Shown in pieces: positions 1 through 10,776 of a stretch of DNA of 64,000 nucleotides (the stretch's first letter is position 1; each line of letters starts with the position of its first letter). The translations under genes and the position numbers were made by a program. The stretch is from IMG/VR virus record IMGVR_UViG_3300035670_000145, positions 1 to 64,000 of that record; one strand, given 5' to 3'. The notes beneath the pieces were generated by a model. That model saw only the letters and a program-made list of their open reading frames with translations. It did not search any database and was not told where the DNA came from. This stretch comes from a virus.

Positions 1-1
1 T

Positions 2-1717
2 TTCAACTCTTGTTTCACCAATTGCCTGATCAACAACCAAATTACGCCTGCCAACAAGAGACCCACTGCTTGTAAGATTATCCGTGGACTGTACTTGCAA
101 AAGGCCTGCGGGCCCAGTAGTGCCAATACCAATCCGATCAGTGGAAGCGTCAACGAAGAACAAGTTGGCGTTGGTGTCACCCTCGATGCGGAAGTCGTAA
201 TTTGCGCCACCGTCGTTGAACACCACTTCACTGGTGCCAAACTCAACGCGCTCAGTACTGTTAGTTGAGATGGCTACTTGGTCTGCGCCAGGGCTGTAGA
301 TGCCGGTGTTGGTGTCGCCGGTGAAGGTGATCGTCGGGGCGCCAGCGGTGCCAGTGCCAGTGCTGACAAGGCCGGTGGTAGCAACAGTCTGGCTGCCGAA
401 GTCCGGGCTGATCTTGGTGCCAGCGATGGCGGCCGAGGCGTTGACGTCGGCGTTGACGATCACGCCGCTGCTGATGGCGGCAGTGCCAGTGCTGCCGATG
501 GTGATGTCGCCGCTGACCTTGCCGAAGGCGTAGTCGGTGATGCGAGTGGCTGCTGCTTTGCGGTTGGTGCCAGCACCGCCATCATCGACGATGAACAGGT
601 CAGCATCAGCCAGGGCAGCGCCGATGTCGGTGCCGCCGTCGATGTTCAGCGCCGACAGCGAAACTTTATCGGCTGTGGCGATGGTGGCCAGTTTGGTGTC
701 TACGATGGCAGCGCTGGCATTGATGTCGGCGTTGACGATGGTATCGTCAAGAATCATCGTGCTAGTAACAGTGCCCGTATCGCCTACTGTTACGACATTG
801 TTGCCGCTTTTAGTCAAAGCGCCAGTCACTGCAACGCTACTATCAAAAACGGCTGCGCCTGTGACATCTAGAGTGCCAGGAATGTCAATATTGCTTGCCC
901 ATTCGACGCCAGTGCCAGCAGCGTCTGTCTGTAGCAATTGCCGTGCCGCACCATCGGCCAGCTTGCTCACTGCAATTTCGGCAGAAGCAGAAATATCAGT
1001 ATTGACAATAGTGCTGTCAAGAATCATCGTGCTGGTGACAGTGCCAGTATCACCAGTGGTAATGATCGTGCCAGTCGTGTCGGGCAGCGTGATCGTACGA
1101 TCAGCAGTTGGATCAGTAACGGCAATGGTGGTTTCAAAACCATCGTCACTACTACCCTCGAAAGAAAGACTTCCCGCAGGGCCAATTTCTAAATTGCCCG
1201 TAACTCGACCGCCTGTTTTAGGAAGTGCTGCGTCAGCAAGATCGTAAGCGCTCTTAACAGCCGTAGATGAAGCAATGGTGGTCGAACTAGTGGTACTGGT
1301 GCTATCGCTAACTTTACTTTGCAGGCCAGAGGGCGTAACTGCACGCACTGCATCGGTGCCTGTCTGTGTTTCGGCGGCAGTAGCCAGCTCAACAAGTCCA
1401 GCGGTGGTCTCAGTGCCTGAAGGCGTCAGGTTATAGAAAGTACTCCCTGTGTAATATTTCAAGCCATGAGTGGTGGTGCTATTGTCCACCCACATTTCAC
1501 CAATAGAGTTTCCTGCGCTTCCTGCCGGCACAGCATTAGGAGCCGCGCTACCCACATGCGCCGGCCCCAGTTTCACGACACTACCTGCGCTGTCCTTGAT
1601 AAAAACGCCTGGCGTTCCAGATGCAGTATTAATAGCAATTTGTCCGTCTGCCATTCCCGATGCGGCGGGACGCTTGTCGGCAGTGGAAGAGCGTAGATGC
1701 TTAAGAATGGAAGGCAT
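2..1717 (-). CDS. Tail fibre protein, 3'-truncated at window edge (not in ORF track)
   Basis: Manual translation from ATG 1717: MPSILKHLRSSTADKRP...GLVELATAAET...FEGSSDDGFETTIAVTDPTADRTITLPD...GDTNTGIYSPGADQVAIST...DRIGIGT; open to position 2; motifs typical of cyanophage fibres. Confidence 0.85.
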   Translation of the reverse strand, partial: MPSILKHLRSSTADKRPAASGMADGQIAINTASGTPGVFIKDSAGSVVKLGPAHVGSAAPNAVPAGSAGNSIGEMWVDNSTTTHGLKYYTGSTFYNLTPSGTETTAGLVELATAAETQTGTDAVRAVTPSGLQSKVSDSTSTTSSTTIASSTAVKSAYDLADAALPKTGGRVTGNLEIGPAGSLSFEGSSDDGFETTIAVTDPTADRTITLPDTTGTIITTGDTGTVTSTMILDSTIVNTDISASAEIAVSKLADGAARQLLQTDAAGTGVEWASNIDIPGTLDVTGAAVFDSSVAVTGALTKSGNNVVTVGDTGTVTSTMILDDTIVNADINASAAIVDTKLATIATADKVSLSALNIDGGTDIGAALADADLFIVDDGGAGTNRKAAATRITDYAFGKVSGDITIGSTGTAAISSGVIVNADVNASAAIAGTKISPDFGSQTVATTGLVSTGTGTAGAPTITFTGDTNTGIYSPGADQVAISTNSTERVEFGTSEVVFNDGGANYDFRIEGDTNANLFFVDASTDRIGIGTTGPAGLLQVQSTDNLTSSGSLVGRRNLVVDQAIGETRVE

Positions 1718-1781
1718 GAGAAAGTCCTAACAAGGAAGAGCCAGGCTCAAAGAGCGGCAATTATCTTCCCATTGTAATCGT

Positions 1782-1955
1782 TTAACTGTATTCCCCTTCG
1801 TCTATTTCTGAATTTGCTTCATTAATAATGTGGTCAATGTCGTCCCATGCCGTATAGTAAAACGCGCCAGACGTTTTCACCAATACTTGGCCGGATGAGC
1901 CGTACGGAGGCACTTCTTTTCCAGAGTAAACAAAACGATCTGGGCGATGAGGCAT
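1782..1955 (-). CDS. Small 57-aa fibre-associated protein (not in ORF track)
   Basis: MPHRPDRFVYSGKEVPPYGSSGQVLVKTSG...IDEGEYS; GGAGAAG upstream; GQVLVK and terminal DxGxY motifs as in fibre modules. Confidence 0.65.
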   Translation of the reverse strand: MPHRPDRFVYSGKEVPPYGSSGQVLVKTSGAFYYTAWDDIDHIINEANSEIDEGEYS

Positions 1956-1983
1956 TTATCTTCTCCCATGGTTAATTGATGGA

Positions 1984-4968
1984 TCAATAAAGACCATCGT
2001 CAGCAGTGCCAATGCTCATAATGCCAGTGCCAGATGCTATGACAATTTCCGAAGATCCCCTGACAGTGCCAGTAGATCCGCTAGTTGCAATTTGCACGCG
2101 AGCCCATACAAGTTCGTTCAAATCTTCTTGAGTGGCCACGCCAGACGCAACAGGGACAAGAGCAGAGCCGTCAACAAGCACGTCTTGATCGCCAACGCCA
2201 GCCACTGCACTGCTGAGGTTTACTTTGGTCCATGTGGAGCCAATGCCCTGCGACAGCACCCAGTTGCCAACTGTCAAGGCTTCATTGGGAGCGGGCGTGG
2301 TGCCTACGCCGCTGCTGGTGACAATTAGATAGAGACCGTTGCTGCTGGTATTCGGAGACGAAAGAGCTTGTCCAACGGTTAAGCCAGCTTCAATGCCATA
2401 GCTATTAATGCTTTCAACGACATTGCCAGAAGCGTTGTAAGTGCCACCAAAGCGTAAGTTGATTTGAGTGGGGCTACCGTAACCAAGATTAAGCCAGTAA
2501 CCGTTTGGCACTGGTGTTACTTCTCCCACCCAGATATAAGCAGACCTATCGTTAGGATTAATCCACCATTGCCCCGCAAATTCTGGAACAGGAGCGCTTT
2601 CACTTACTTGCGCAATACCATAGTCTGCCAATTGCGCAGCGGTGACGCTATTTTCAGCAAGAAATGTGCTACTAAATGTGCCAGTGGTAATCTTGCTAGC
2701 ATCTAAATTTGGAATATCAGAAGCGGAAAGCGTGGACTGCGCTGTGACAATATGACCCTGTGCGTCAATGGTTATTGGCCCTGCATAGGTGCCAGCAATC
2801 GCACTGTTGCTATGATTCAAGGCGCCAGCAGCGCTTACGCTTAAGCCAGCGCCAGGGGTGACGGCTCCAACGCCAGTGGCAGTAGCAATGGGGAGGTCTG
2901 CTGGAACAAGACCCCTGAACGTGGGACTTGTCGATGCTCCAGTGGATGGCCCAGCAAAAACAGTATTTGCAACTTGTGAATCAAGCGTGGTGGTAATCGT
3001 GGCTGAATAAGCGTCTGGATAGCTAACAACAAATGCAATGGGAGTGGAATCAGTAAAGGCAATAGAATTAATCGTTGCCTGCCTGTTCCACGCAGCCCCG
3101 TCCCATGTATATTCAAAGTCAGTAGAACTATCGAACCATTGCTGCCCAATAAAAACGCCGTTGCCGACAGGGGCGTTAGCTTGAACGACGACAACAGAGC
3201 TGTTAGAAACTTTTTCTGCTGTTAGGCCGCTAGCGGCCAGTTGAGCGCTACCAACTGCACCATTTGCAATCTTGTCTGCAGTAATGGCATCATCTGCAAT
3301 GTCAGCAGTGGCGATGGAGGAAGCAGCATACTTACCTGCTCCAATAGTTGAGTTTGCAATTTTAGCGTTTGTAACAACTCCGTCCGCTAAATTGCTGGTA
3401 ATAATGCCTTCAGCAGCAATTTGCAGACCGCTAATTGTTGAGCTTGTAATTTTAGAGCCTGGAACGCTTCCATCGGCAAGATTGAGCTTGCCATAAGCTA
3501 TTGTTGAGTCTGCAATTTTGTCATTTGTTACCGCTAGCGCTCCTAGAGCAGAGGTATCAACTGCACCAGCGAGAAACTTGGTGGATGTAATGCCACTTGC
3601 GGCCAGTGCTGCAGTGCCAACCGCTTCGGCTGCAATTTTAGAGCCAGTGACCGCCGCAGAGGCAATAGTTACTTCCGTAACTGCGCTTGCGGCTATTTTC
3701 CCTGCCGTCACTCCGCTGGCTGCTAGCTTGTCTGCCGTGACAGCTCCATCAGCAATTGCGGCCGTGCCCACTGCCGAGGAAGCTAGTTGCAGCCCGCTAA
3801 TCGTGGCACTGGCAATCTTAGATCCAGGCACGCTACCATCAGCCAAATTGAGTTTGGCATAGGCAATAGTGGCATTGGCAATCTTGTCATTAGTGACCGC
3901 GCCAGTGCCAAGCTTGGCTTCCGTAACGGCGCCCAGGCCAATCTTTGCCTCAGTGACAGCACTGTTAACGATGGCGGCCGTATCCACGGCGTCGTTAGCA
4001 AGCTCAGCGGCGCCCACAGCGTCGCTAGCAATGGCATCAGCGGTGACAGAGTCTGTGGCCAACTGCGCAGCAGTGACGGCGTCGTCAGCAATTTTTGCAG
4101 TGGTAACTGCATCGTCAATTAGCTCAGCCGTGCCCACAGAGCCGGTGCCCATCTGAGCGGCTGTAATTGACTCGGCTGTAATTTTTGAGCCGGGAACACT
4201 ACCATCTGCCAAGTTTAATTTGGCATAGGCAATAGTAGCGTCCGCAATTTTATCGTTTGTTACTGCATTAGACGCAATGGCAACAGTATTAACGGCACCG
4301 GCAGAGAATTTAATGGAAGTGATGCCACTCGTGGCTAGCGCTGCAGTTCCAACCGATTCTGCTGCCAGCTTCGTGCCGTCTACAGCAGCAAGAGCAATCT
4401 TGGGGCCAGTAATTGCACCATCGGCTATCTTAGAAGTGGTGACATTTGCGTCGACAATTTTGATTGTCGTGATTGCATTGGTTGCAATGCCTGCTGCGGT
4501 CAAACCCCCGCTTTGAATTTTGCCGTCAGTAATTGCATTGTTTGCAATTTTTGCAGTGGAAACGGCCAGGTCCGCAATGCCTGCAGTTGGCATGACCACT
4601 TGCTGATAGTCACCATTGGAAAAAATTTGCAAATTTCCATTAGTGCTGCTATACCAGCCTCGTCCCGTAAAATTATCCGCAGTAGGAGCTGTTGACTGGG
4701 CCGCAATAGAGCTATTGGCAGCCAGCTTACTTGCGACAATTGCAGCCGAGTCAATGGCTACTGTTCCAAGCTTGACGGTGCTATCTTGATTAAGCTTTGA
4801 GAGATCAATACTGCCGCTTGCAGTGAGAGCTATGCCATTCTGCAGGAATTGCGTGGTGCGAATTTTCTTTGTTTCACTTGCACTAACATCAACAATGGCC
4901 AGCAGATCGCCAGAACCTAAAGACGAACCTAGAAGTTCGTTAAGCTGCGAAATAGTTTGATCGGCCAT
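1984..4968 (-). CDS. Long tail fibre / repeat-rich virion protein (994 aa)
   Basis: Dozens of ~10-aa (A/S)VTxxK(I/L)A repeats; MADQTISQL N-terminus; lies downstream of tail-tip genes. Confidence 0.85.
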   Translation of the reverse strand: MADQTISQLNELLGSSLGSGDLLAIVDVSASETKKIRTTQFLQNGIALTASGSIDLSKLNQDSTVKLGTVAIDSAAIVASKLAANSSIAAQSTAPTADNFTGRGWYSSTNGNLQIFSNGDYQQVVMPTAGIADLAVSTAKIANNAITDGKIQSGGLTAAGIATNAITTIKIVDANVTTSKIADGAITGPKIALAAVDGTKLAAESVGTAALATSGITSIKFSAGAVNTVAIASNAVTNDKIADATIAYAKLNLADGSVPGSKITAESITAAQMGTGSVGTAELIDDAVTTAKIADDAVTAAQLATDSVTADAIASDAVGAAELANDAVDTAAIVNSAVTEAKIGLGAVTEAKLGTGAVTNDKIANATIAYAKLNLADGSVPGSKIASATISGLQLASSAVGTAAIADGAVTADKLAASGVTAGKIAASAVTEVTIASAAVTGSKIAAEAVGTAALAASGITSTKFLAGAVDTSALGALAVTNDKIADSTIAYGKLNLADGSVPGSKITSSTISGLQIAAEGIITSNLADGVVTNAKIANSTIGAGKYAASSIATADIADDAITADKIANGAVGSAQLAASGLTAEKVSNSSVVVVQANAPVGNGVFIGQQWFDSSTDFEYTWDGAAWNRQATINSIAFTDSTPIAFVVSYPDAYSATITTTLDSQVANTVFAGPSTGASTSPTFRGLVPADLPIATATGVGAVTPGAGLSVSAAGALNHSNSAIAGTYAGPITIDAQGHIVTAQSTLSASDIPNLDASKITTGTFSSTFLAENSVTAAQLADYGIAQVSESAPVPEFAGQWWINPNDRSAYIWVGEVTPVPNGYWLNLGYGSPTQINLRFGGTYNASGNVVESINSYGIEAGLTVGQALSSPNTSSNGLYLIVTSSGVGTTPAPNEALTVGNWVLSQGIGSTWTKVNLSSAVAGVGDQDVLVDGSALVPVASGVATQEDLNELVWARVQIATSGSTGTVRGSSEIVIASGTGIMSIGTADDGLY

Positions 4969-5009
4969 GTCAAAGCGCTCTCGATAGGGGGATTCTAGCC
5001 AAAAACTGT

Positions 5010-5885
5010 TTAATCATCTATTTCTTTCAGCAAAGCATCAAGCTCAAACTCTTGCGTCAAGATACGCCCTTGATCTTCTTGCAGCACATAGCCAGGAGCC
5101 CTGCCAACCAGAAGCCTGATCTCTCCGGTGGCCAAGAAATCAATGGAGCAGGAAATAATATTATCGCTTTGCACTTCCACGCCAGCTTTTGTGATTACCG
5201 CTTCAAACTGATAGTAAACATCCAGATCACTTCCATAAACGTTTTGATCCGTAATAAAAAGCTCCGCCGCAAACGCAGATCCAATCTCCACCCTTTGGAT
5301 GAGCTGAAGCAATAACAGCGAGCTTTCGCGCCTAGTAGCGGTGTACGGATCGAACAGTGCGTCTATACTGCCGCTGCCGCTAATTAATCCGGCGCTATAT
5401 TGTTGCTTAAATTTATCACTAAGAGCAGTTGTTTCAATAGCCTCTCTTTCTGTTTGAAACGTGAAGCTCCTTACGCTGCCAAGGGTGTTGTAATCAAAAT
5501 CTTGCACTTCAATGGAGATAGGAAGAGCGTCTCCGGCAAATTGAACCAGTGGCAGCTCATTGTCCCTGTTATTATTAATAGCGTCTTCAAAAGTGCGGAA
5601 AAAGCGTAATCCTCCGTAAAGATTTACATTGACATAGGCACTGATAGAGTCCTGAACACTATTTACCCTTGGCCAGGTGGAGGCTGGAAAGCAGATGAGG
5701 CCACGACTATCGTCAGTAGCAATCGTCAGGCGATCGCCTGTCAGAATGTTTTCCAAGGAACCATCAAAGCCCAGTCGATTCAGAATTGTGTTTACGTCGT
5801 CTGGCGCAATGGCACTGGCAAATGCAACGGTTTGCGTGCTACGACGCAGGCGCACCGTTCCAGTGTGGCCAGCAAAAAAAGTCAT
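5010..5885 (-). CDS. Tail structural protein with tail-tube-like domain
   Basis: VRSFTFQTEREAIETTALSD...ISGSGSIDALFD resembles tube proteins; position in tail module. Confidence 0.6.
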   Translation of the reverse strand: MTFFAGHTGTVRLRRSTQTVAFASAIAPDDVNTILNRLGFDGSLENILTGDRLTIATDDSRGLICFPASTWPRVNSVQDSISAYVNVNLYGGLRFFRTFEDAINNNRDNELPLVQFAGDALPISIEVQDFDYNTLGSVRSFTFQTEREAIETTALSDKFKQQYSAGLISGSGSIDALFDPYTATRRESSLLLLQLIQRVEIGSAFAAELFITDQNVYGSDLDVYYQFEAVITKAGVEVQSDNIISCSIDFLATGEIRLLVGRAPGYVLQEDQGRILTQEFELDALLKEIDD

Positions 5886-5891
5886 TATGTG

Positions 5892-6374
5892 TTAGACAAT
5901 GGTTTCAACAAAATCGCCATCCATGGTGAACTGAATAGGCACGGAAGAGAGTTCTCCAGTCGAAACAGTTACACCCACTGAAGTAATATAGGCCCAGAAT
6001 TTAATATCATCACTAAGCCCGCCACCAGCATTAAGCTCAATAAACACTCGATCGGCTTCCGTGATAAGTCCAGGCTTGTGAATGCTATTAGACAACAGTG
6101 TATTGAAGCCATAAAGCGTATTGCTCTCTGCCCCTTCCAGCCGATAGTAAATCAAAGTGGCGCTACCAGTGGCGCCCTTGATGCCAGGGGTGAATGTATT
6201 GACGCCGCTATCAATGGAATTAGTGGAGACCAGTTCAAGAGTGGTATCCAAGGACCAGTCGCGAATTTTGGCAACTTGGCGCACATTAGTGGGAGCGGAC
6301 AGACTGCTCGAAGGTGCCGTGCTATCTGTGGTACCGAAAGCCAGGCTTCCAGAGCGTCCAGTATAAAAAGCCAC
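5892..6374 (-). CDS. Tail-tube-like minor structural protein
   Basis: IRDWSLDTTLELVST...GATGSATLIYY; N-terminus similar to neighbouring gene. Confidence 0.6.
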   Translation of the reverse strand: MAFYTGRSGSLAFGTTDSTAPSSSLSAPTNVRQVAKIRDWSLDTTLELVSTNSIDSGVNTFTPGIKGATGSATLIYYRLEGAESNTLYGFNTLLSNSIHKPGLITEADRVFIELNAGGGLSDDIKFWAYITSVGVTVSTGELSSVPIQFTMDGDFVETIV

Positions 6375-6410
6375 TGTTGGCGATGCTATTTTTTACATTC
6401 TAAGCATAGC

Positions 6411-9400
6411 TTATTCAGGACGGCCGTCAATTGTAAAAAGACCACTCACTCTTTGTGCCAATCCTCTTGAAATTAAAGAATTTCCGGAGGCATCAGTGCC
6501 GTGTTCAACGCCTCGCACAGTCACTTCACCCTCTTCATCCATTGTTACTTCCGTCACCCTGAACACGCGACGGTTGCGTACTACCGTGCCCAAGACAAAC
6601 AGGTGGCCGGCGTAACCCGCCAGGGCCGTGGCCCTATTGGAAGTCACTGACACATTGTTAACCTGTTTCGTGCCTTGATTGGTGGGAAAATAGCACAATG
6701 CCGAATAGTTGCCGTTTGGAATCGATGGGGAAATAGCACTATTAAGAACGCCGCCGTCCTCCACTGTCCCAGAGTAAATCCTGTCCCATTGATTCTGAGC
6801 TAATTCCACATAAATATAAGCACCAGGAAATACAGGGCTATCTGTGGGAAACGTCTTGAATTCAATTGCTTTTTGTGAATGACGCTTTACTTGACAAAGA
6901 AACTTTGCAACCATAATCGCCTGCTCTCTGCGAGTGACAAAAGCCGACATATCAACTGTTTCTTTTAACGTGTTATCTTCCGCTGCTCCAGTTGTATCAG
7001 ACAACTGCACCTGCACTGTAGTGTTGCGGGCAAATGTGCTTTCAGCGTCAATTGTGCGATAGACAGCATCAATAATCACGTCTTGCGTGTTAGAGCCATA
7101 GTCAATAAACTCTTCCTTGTAGCTGTCGGCAAGAATATTTCCCTGGTTAAACAGTGCAGTGATGGAAATGGCAGTGGTGATCTGGCCGGTCTGATTGTTG
7201 TAAGGCACTGCCGGCACTAAAACATCCTGTCCTCCGACTTTGGCAAGTTCAAGCAAGCTAAAACCAGCATTTAACATCCAAAAAGCCCGCCATGATGATG
7301 GCTCTGCAATTACGCCATCCATGAACAGTTGATTGGTCTCGCAAAATTTCTTGCTTCTTGCTAGCTGCTCGAGATTGGTAGACTCAAGCGTCGCGTACTT
7401 GCCAATGCCATCATTAAAATCCAAAATTGTGTCAACAAAAATGTCAGGGGCCGTGTTTGGATTGCCGTTTGGAGATGGCGAAAGATAATCCTTGTCAGCG
7501 GCGTACTGCCCCCATGCCCTTCCATTGACCGTGCCAGACGTGCGAAGCAGGCGCCCCTTCCTTCCTTTCGTGACAAACAACGTAAAAGAGCGCAGGTCTT
7601 GCACACTTTTGCCCGAATACATATTGAGCCCAAACAACGCAATATCAGAATAAAGACCGCGAAAATTTGAAAACGGCGTGACAATTTGTTCAGTGACTGC
7701 AGCCAAGGCAAACTCTGGACCATTGTCAAAGGAAAACGACACTTGCTCGTCTGATGTATTGGTGAACAAGTCCCATTCGTTCATGCCGCCGGGAGAGCTG
7801 TTCAATGGAGGGAAGAGACCATTGCTGCTGCGAGTGCTGCCAGAGTATTCAAAGCTGGCCCCCGCGTATGCGCTGGTCATTGAATAGGCAATAGGACTGC
7901 CGCTATTCTCGAGGTAGTGATAAAGCCTGAGGCCGGTGCCGGCCTGGACTAGCTCGGGATGGGCAGAAAACTCAGCCACTGGATCAATTACTGGCTCAAA
8001 CTTAAACTGCCAGTGCGCCAAGGGCAAAGCGCCACCGTTAAAGCGAAAATAAACAAAATTCTCAATATCGGCTGATCTGCGTACAACAAAAATACCAGGC
8101 AAGTAAGAATAAGTTGCATCAGTGGTTCGCTTGACTTTCACTAAAAACATAGAGGAGCGCATTTTTATGCCGTTGTCTGCAGTGGACCACCCTCGCATTC
8201 TGTCCGATCCATATGTTTCCTGCCTGCCGCTTATGCGCTTGAACACACGCGCTTTAATTGAAAAGTCAACAATATTGCAAGGCGAAATTGTTTCATAAGC
8301 GGCTTCTTCTACTCGGCAAACACTTTTAATGTAAAACAAATCGTCTTGGAGGCTTTGCTGCGCAAGAATGTCTTCTAGCTCTGCATAGCGATTAAGGGTT
8401 GCAATTTCATCTGCCGTAAGATTGCGGACAAACGCATAAGAATAAGACATGCTGCCGCTAGAGCCACGACCGGTATAACTAGATGCTTTTGATTTAATTG
8501 TGTAAATATTACCTTGAGCAGCAAGTTGCCTGGCGTTTAATTTAGTGCCGCTCCCGATTGTTGCACCGAAGAATCCTGAAGTCAAGCCTTGAGTTAAAAC
8601 GCGAGTGTCTCGACGGTCTTGTTCTAGTAATGATAAGGCAATGGTTCTGGAAGTATTGTACTCGGCTTCAAGCCCTAGCAAATTCAAAATATTGCCTGCA
8701 GCAATCTCGTCCTTGTCCTGCACTGAATAAGCAAGAACACTGCCCCTGCCATTCTCGACGGCTCGAAGTGATACGATCATTGGACCATCAACGACATTCG
8801 CCCTATTTGCTCCAAGCACTTTGAGCTTTGCGGAGCCAAACTTAAACAGGCCTGAATTGTCAAAGACAGTAGACAAAGTTTGCCGAGCATCGTTTGCTTC
8901 TTCGTCGGCTAAATTATTATCTTCGCTGGTCCGAAGCTGCTCTAGCGTAATCGTGAACGATTGATCTTTACTTACTCGCTGCAATCCATTGGACCAGTTG
9001 GTCATCGTAATGCGATTGTCTGCCGTAACAAATGAACCGGCTTCGTTGCGAATGTTGTAATCAATATTGATTGGCACCACTCCATACACGCCAAAAGTGT
9101 TTGACGCCGTGGGAGAATAAGCGTGACTAAACCCATCACTCTTACCCCCATTGATTGCAGTGCGGACACGGTAGGGATTGGCAATGGCGGTGCCATCGGC
9201 AGTTGGATCTACGCTTCTGGTTTGTCCGTCCAGCGCCGGCCTTAAAAAGCTGTTTCTTAATGCCCCCGTGTAACTTGGCGAAAAATAAGTCCAGTAGTTT
9301 TGTGCAATTAAGTCTCTTAGCGCTGTCTGACCAAACGCGCTTCTGCTTTCATCAATGGCATCAACGCCTCCGGCTCCAATGACAAACAAAAGTTGAACGA

Positions 9401-9839
9401 GCTGGCTGTTGCCATAGCTTTGCACTGCCGACCAGATGAGAGCAGTCGCGGCGCGAACGCCGCCAGCGGGGTTTGTGTCAGTATTGGCGTAGATGAGATT
9501 GATTGGATCACCATAGGCAGCAAGTTGCTGCGCGTTGTTAAAGCCAAATCGAGGAGCGAAAATTTCATCGCGAGTGGCGGCTTGTCCCGCTGCCCGCATT
9601 TGCGGAATGGAGGGTTTTGGCATGAGCAATGCTGATGCCACTTGAAACAAGACGCCAATAATCGCGATGACAAACGCGGCAATTTCCCAATTACGCGCAT
9701 CAAGAATGGTGCCTTCCTTTGCGTCGCTATAAATATGCTGCTGAGAAACAAAGTCCAAATATTCGTCTTTAGTTACACCCAGCGCCTCTATAAGTTGATG
9801 CTCGTAAGGAAGAAGCTTGCGCTGATTTTCGCTCATCAA
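6411..9839 (-). CDS. Central tail tip / host-specificity protein (lambda gpJ-like)
   Basis: 1142 aa; follows M/L/K-like genes; LFxxGNI...YKEEF and FRVTEV..EEGEVTVRGVEH motifs. Confidence 0.8.
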   Translation of the reverse strand: MMSENQRKLLPYEHQLIEALGVTKDEYLDFVSQQHIYSDAKEGTILDARNWEIAAFVIAIIGVLFQVASALLMPKPSIPQMRAAGQAATRDEIFAPRFGFNNAQQLAAYGDPINLIYANTDTNPAGGVRAATALIWSAVQSYGNSQLVQLLFVIGAGGVDAIDESRSAFGQTALRDLIAQNYWTYFSPSYTGALRNSFLRPALDGQTRSVDPTADGTAIANPYRVRTAINGGKSDGFSHAYSPTASNTFGVYGVVPINIDYNIRNEAGSFVTADNRITMTNWSNGLQRVSKDQSFTITLEQLRTSEDNNLADEEANDARQTLSTVFDNSGLFKFGSAKLKVLGANRANVVDGPMIVSLRAVENGRGSVLAYSVQDKDEIAAGNILNLLGLEAEYNTSRTIALSLLEQDRRDTRVLTQGLTSGFFGATIGSGTKLNARQLAAQGNIYTIKSKASSYTGRGSSGSMSYSYAFVRNLTADEIATLNRYAELEDILAQQSLQDDLFYIKSVCRVEEAAYETISPCNIVDFSIKARVFKRISGRQETYGSDRMRGWSTADNGIKMRSSMFLVKVKRTTDATYSYLPGIFVVRRSADIENFVYFRFNGGALPLAHWQFKFEPVIDPVAEFSAHPELVQAGTGLRLYHYLENSGSPIAYSMTSAYAGASFEYSGSTRSSNGLFPPLNSSPGGMNEWDLFTNTSDEQVSFSFDNGPEFALAAVTEQIVTPFSNFRGLYSDIALFGLNMYSGKSVQDLRSFTLFVTKGRKGRLLRTSGTVNGRAWGQYAADKDYLSPSPNGNPNTAPDIFVDTILDFNDGIGKYATLESTNLEQLARSKKFCETNQLFMDGVIAEPSSWRAFWMLNAGFSLLELAKVGGQDVLVPAVPYNNQTGQITTAISITALFNQGNILADSYKEEFIDYGSNTQDVIIDAVYRTIDAESTFARNTTVQVQLSDTTGAAEDNTLKETVDMSAFVTRREQAIMVAKFLCQVKRHSQKAIEFKTFPTDSPVFPGAYIYVELAQNQWDRIYSGTVEDGGVLNSAISPSIPNGNYSALCYFPTNQGTKQVNNVSVTSNRATALAGYAGHLFVLGTVVRNRRVFRVTEVTMDEEGEVTVRGVEHGTDASGNSLISRGLAQRVSGLFTIDGRPE

Positions 9840-10228
9840 TCTGCCCAGAAAAATTTCTTCGGCCTCACCGTTGCCAATGGCGCGGCAACTACCATCTTAC
9901 TGCCTCCAAGAAAAAGACAATTGCTTTCGTCCGCTACTACTGCCATTGCCAATAAAGATTTTGCGCCCGGCAGGTAAAAAACGGCCCCAGGACGAGGATC
10001 GTAAATAATTTCCCCTTGAGAAAGCAACCAGCGCAAAATTTTGCGAATGGTAAGTTGTTCTTCCGTGTAGTCTTCGTACACCCAGGCAAACTGCTCTCGA
10101 CAGTGCTTCAAGCCAAGCCTGCGTCGTACCTCCATACATAACAACCAGCAATCTGTATAACCTTCGCCGTCCTCTGGCGATGCAGCATATTTATGCTGCA
10201 AGCCAATTAAATCGTTATAGTTGATCAT
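9836..10228 (-). CDS. NlpC/P60-fold tail tip protein (gpK-like)
   Basis: YNDLIG...GYTDCWLL motif; synteny. Confidence 0.7.
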   Translation of the reverse strand: MINYNDLIGLQHKYAASPEDGEGYTDCWLLCMEVRRRLGLKHCREQFAWVYEDYTEEQLTIRKILRWLLSQGEIIYDPRPGAVFYLPGAKSLLAMAVVADESNCLFLGGSKMVVAAPLATVRPKKFFWAD

Positions 10229-10776
10229 CGCAAGGAAATGTCAGCGCTCAATGGAAGCAATCCTACAAGATTGCGCGTAAGTTTTCTTGCGGGAAACTGG
10301 CTTCCAACGCTATCCATGGCGCTGCGAAATCGAAGTTCAATGGTAGTGTCAGAGAATGCTGCTCCAATGCCAATGTAGCGCTCTTCGTACACCTTGATCG
10401 GAGCTAGTGCTTCATTCATCCATACCGTCGTAAGCTTGAGCCTGCTTAGCCTGTTTCCATTGCCTTGCTGAACCAAGCGCACCGCCACTTCTACATTGGG
10501 AAACAACACTTGTACCATTCCATTGTCACCGCCTAATGTCGAAATGGTACCTTCTACCATAAATGGGGCAAACGCGTAAAAAAGACCAGCCGATGCCTGA
10601 GGCCATCGAACTGTTTCGTTGACAAAATAGTTTTGATAGCGATGAAAAACCGTGCCAGGTTCCGAGCCTAAAGTAATCGTGTCTTTCTGATTGGAGCCAG
10701 CAAGGGAACTGGCTGTAGCAGCACTACCAGTAAAAGCTAAGAGCTCAAAATATTGAACAATGCGAATAGTGCTCAT
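10225..10776 (-). CDS. Minor tail protein (gpL-like hub)
   Basis: Synteny; C-terminal SAMDSVGSQFPARKLT. Confidence 0.6.
   Translation of the reverse strand: MSTIRIVQYFELLAFTGSAATASSLAGSNQKDTITLGSEPGTVFHRYQNYFVNETVRWPQASAGLFYAFAPFMVEGTISTLGGDNGMVQVLFPNVEVAVRLVQQGNGNRLSRLKLTTVWMNEALAPIKVYEERYIGIGAAFSDTTIELRFRSAMDSVGSQFPARKLTRNLVGLLPLSADISLR

Noticed and set aside
278-4695. Long plus-strand ORFs over the fibre genes
   Set aside because: Antisense shadows of repetitive Ala/Thr/Ser-rich minus-strand genes.
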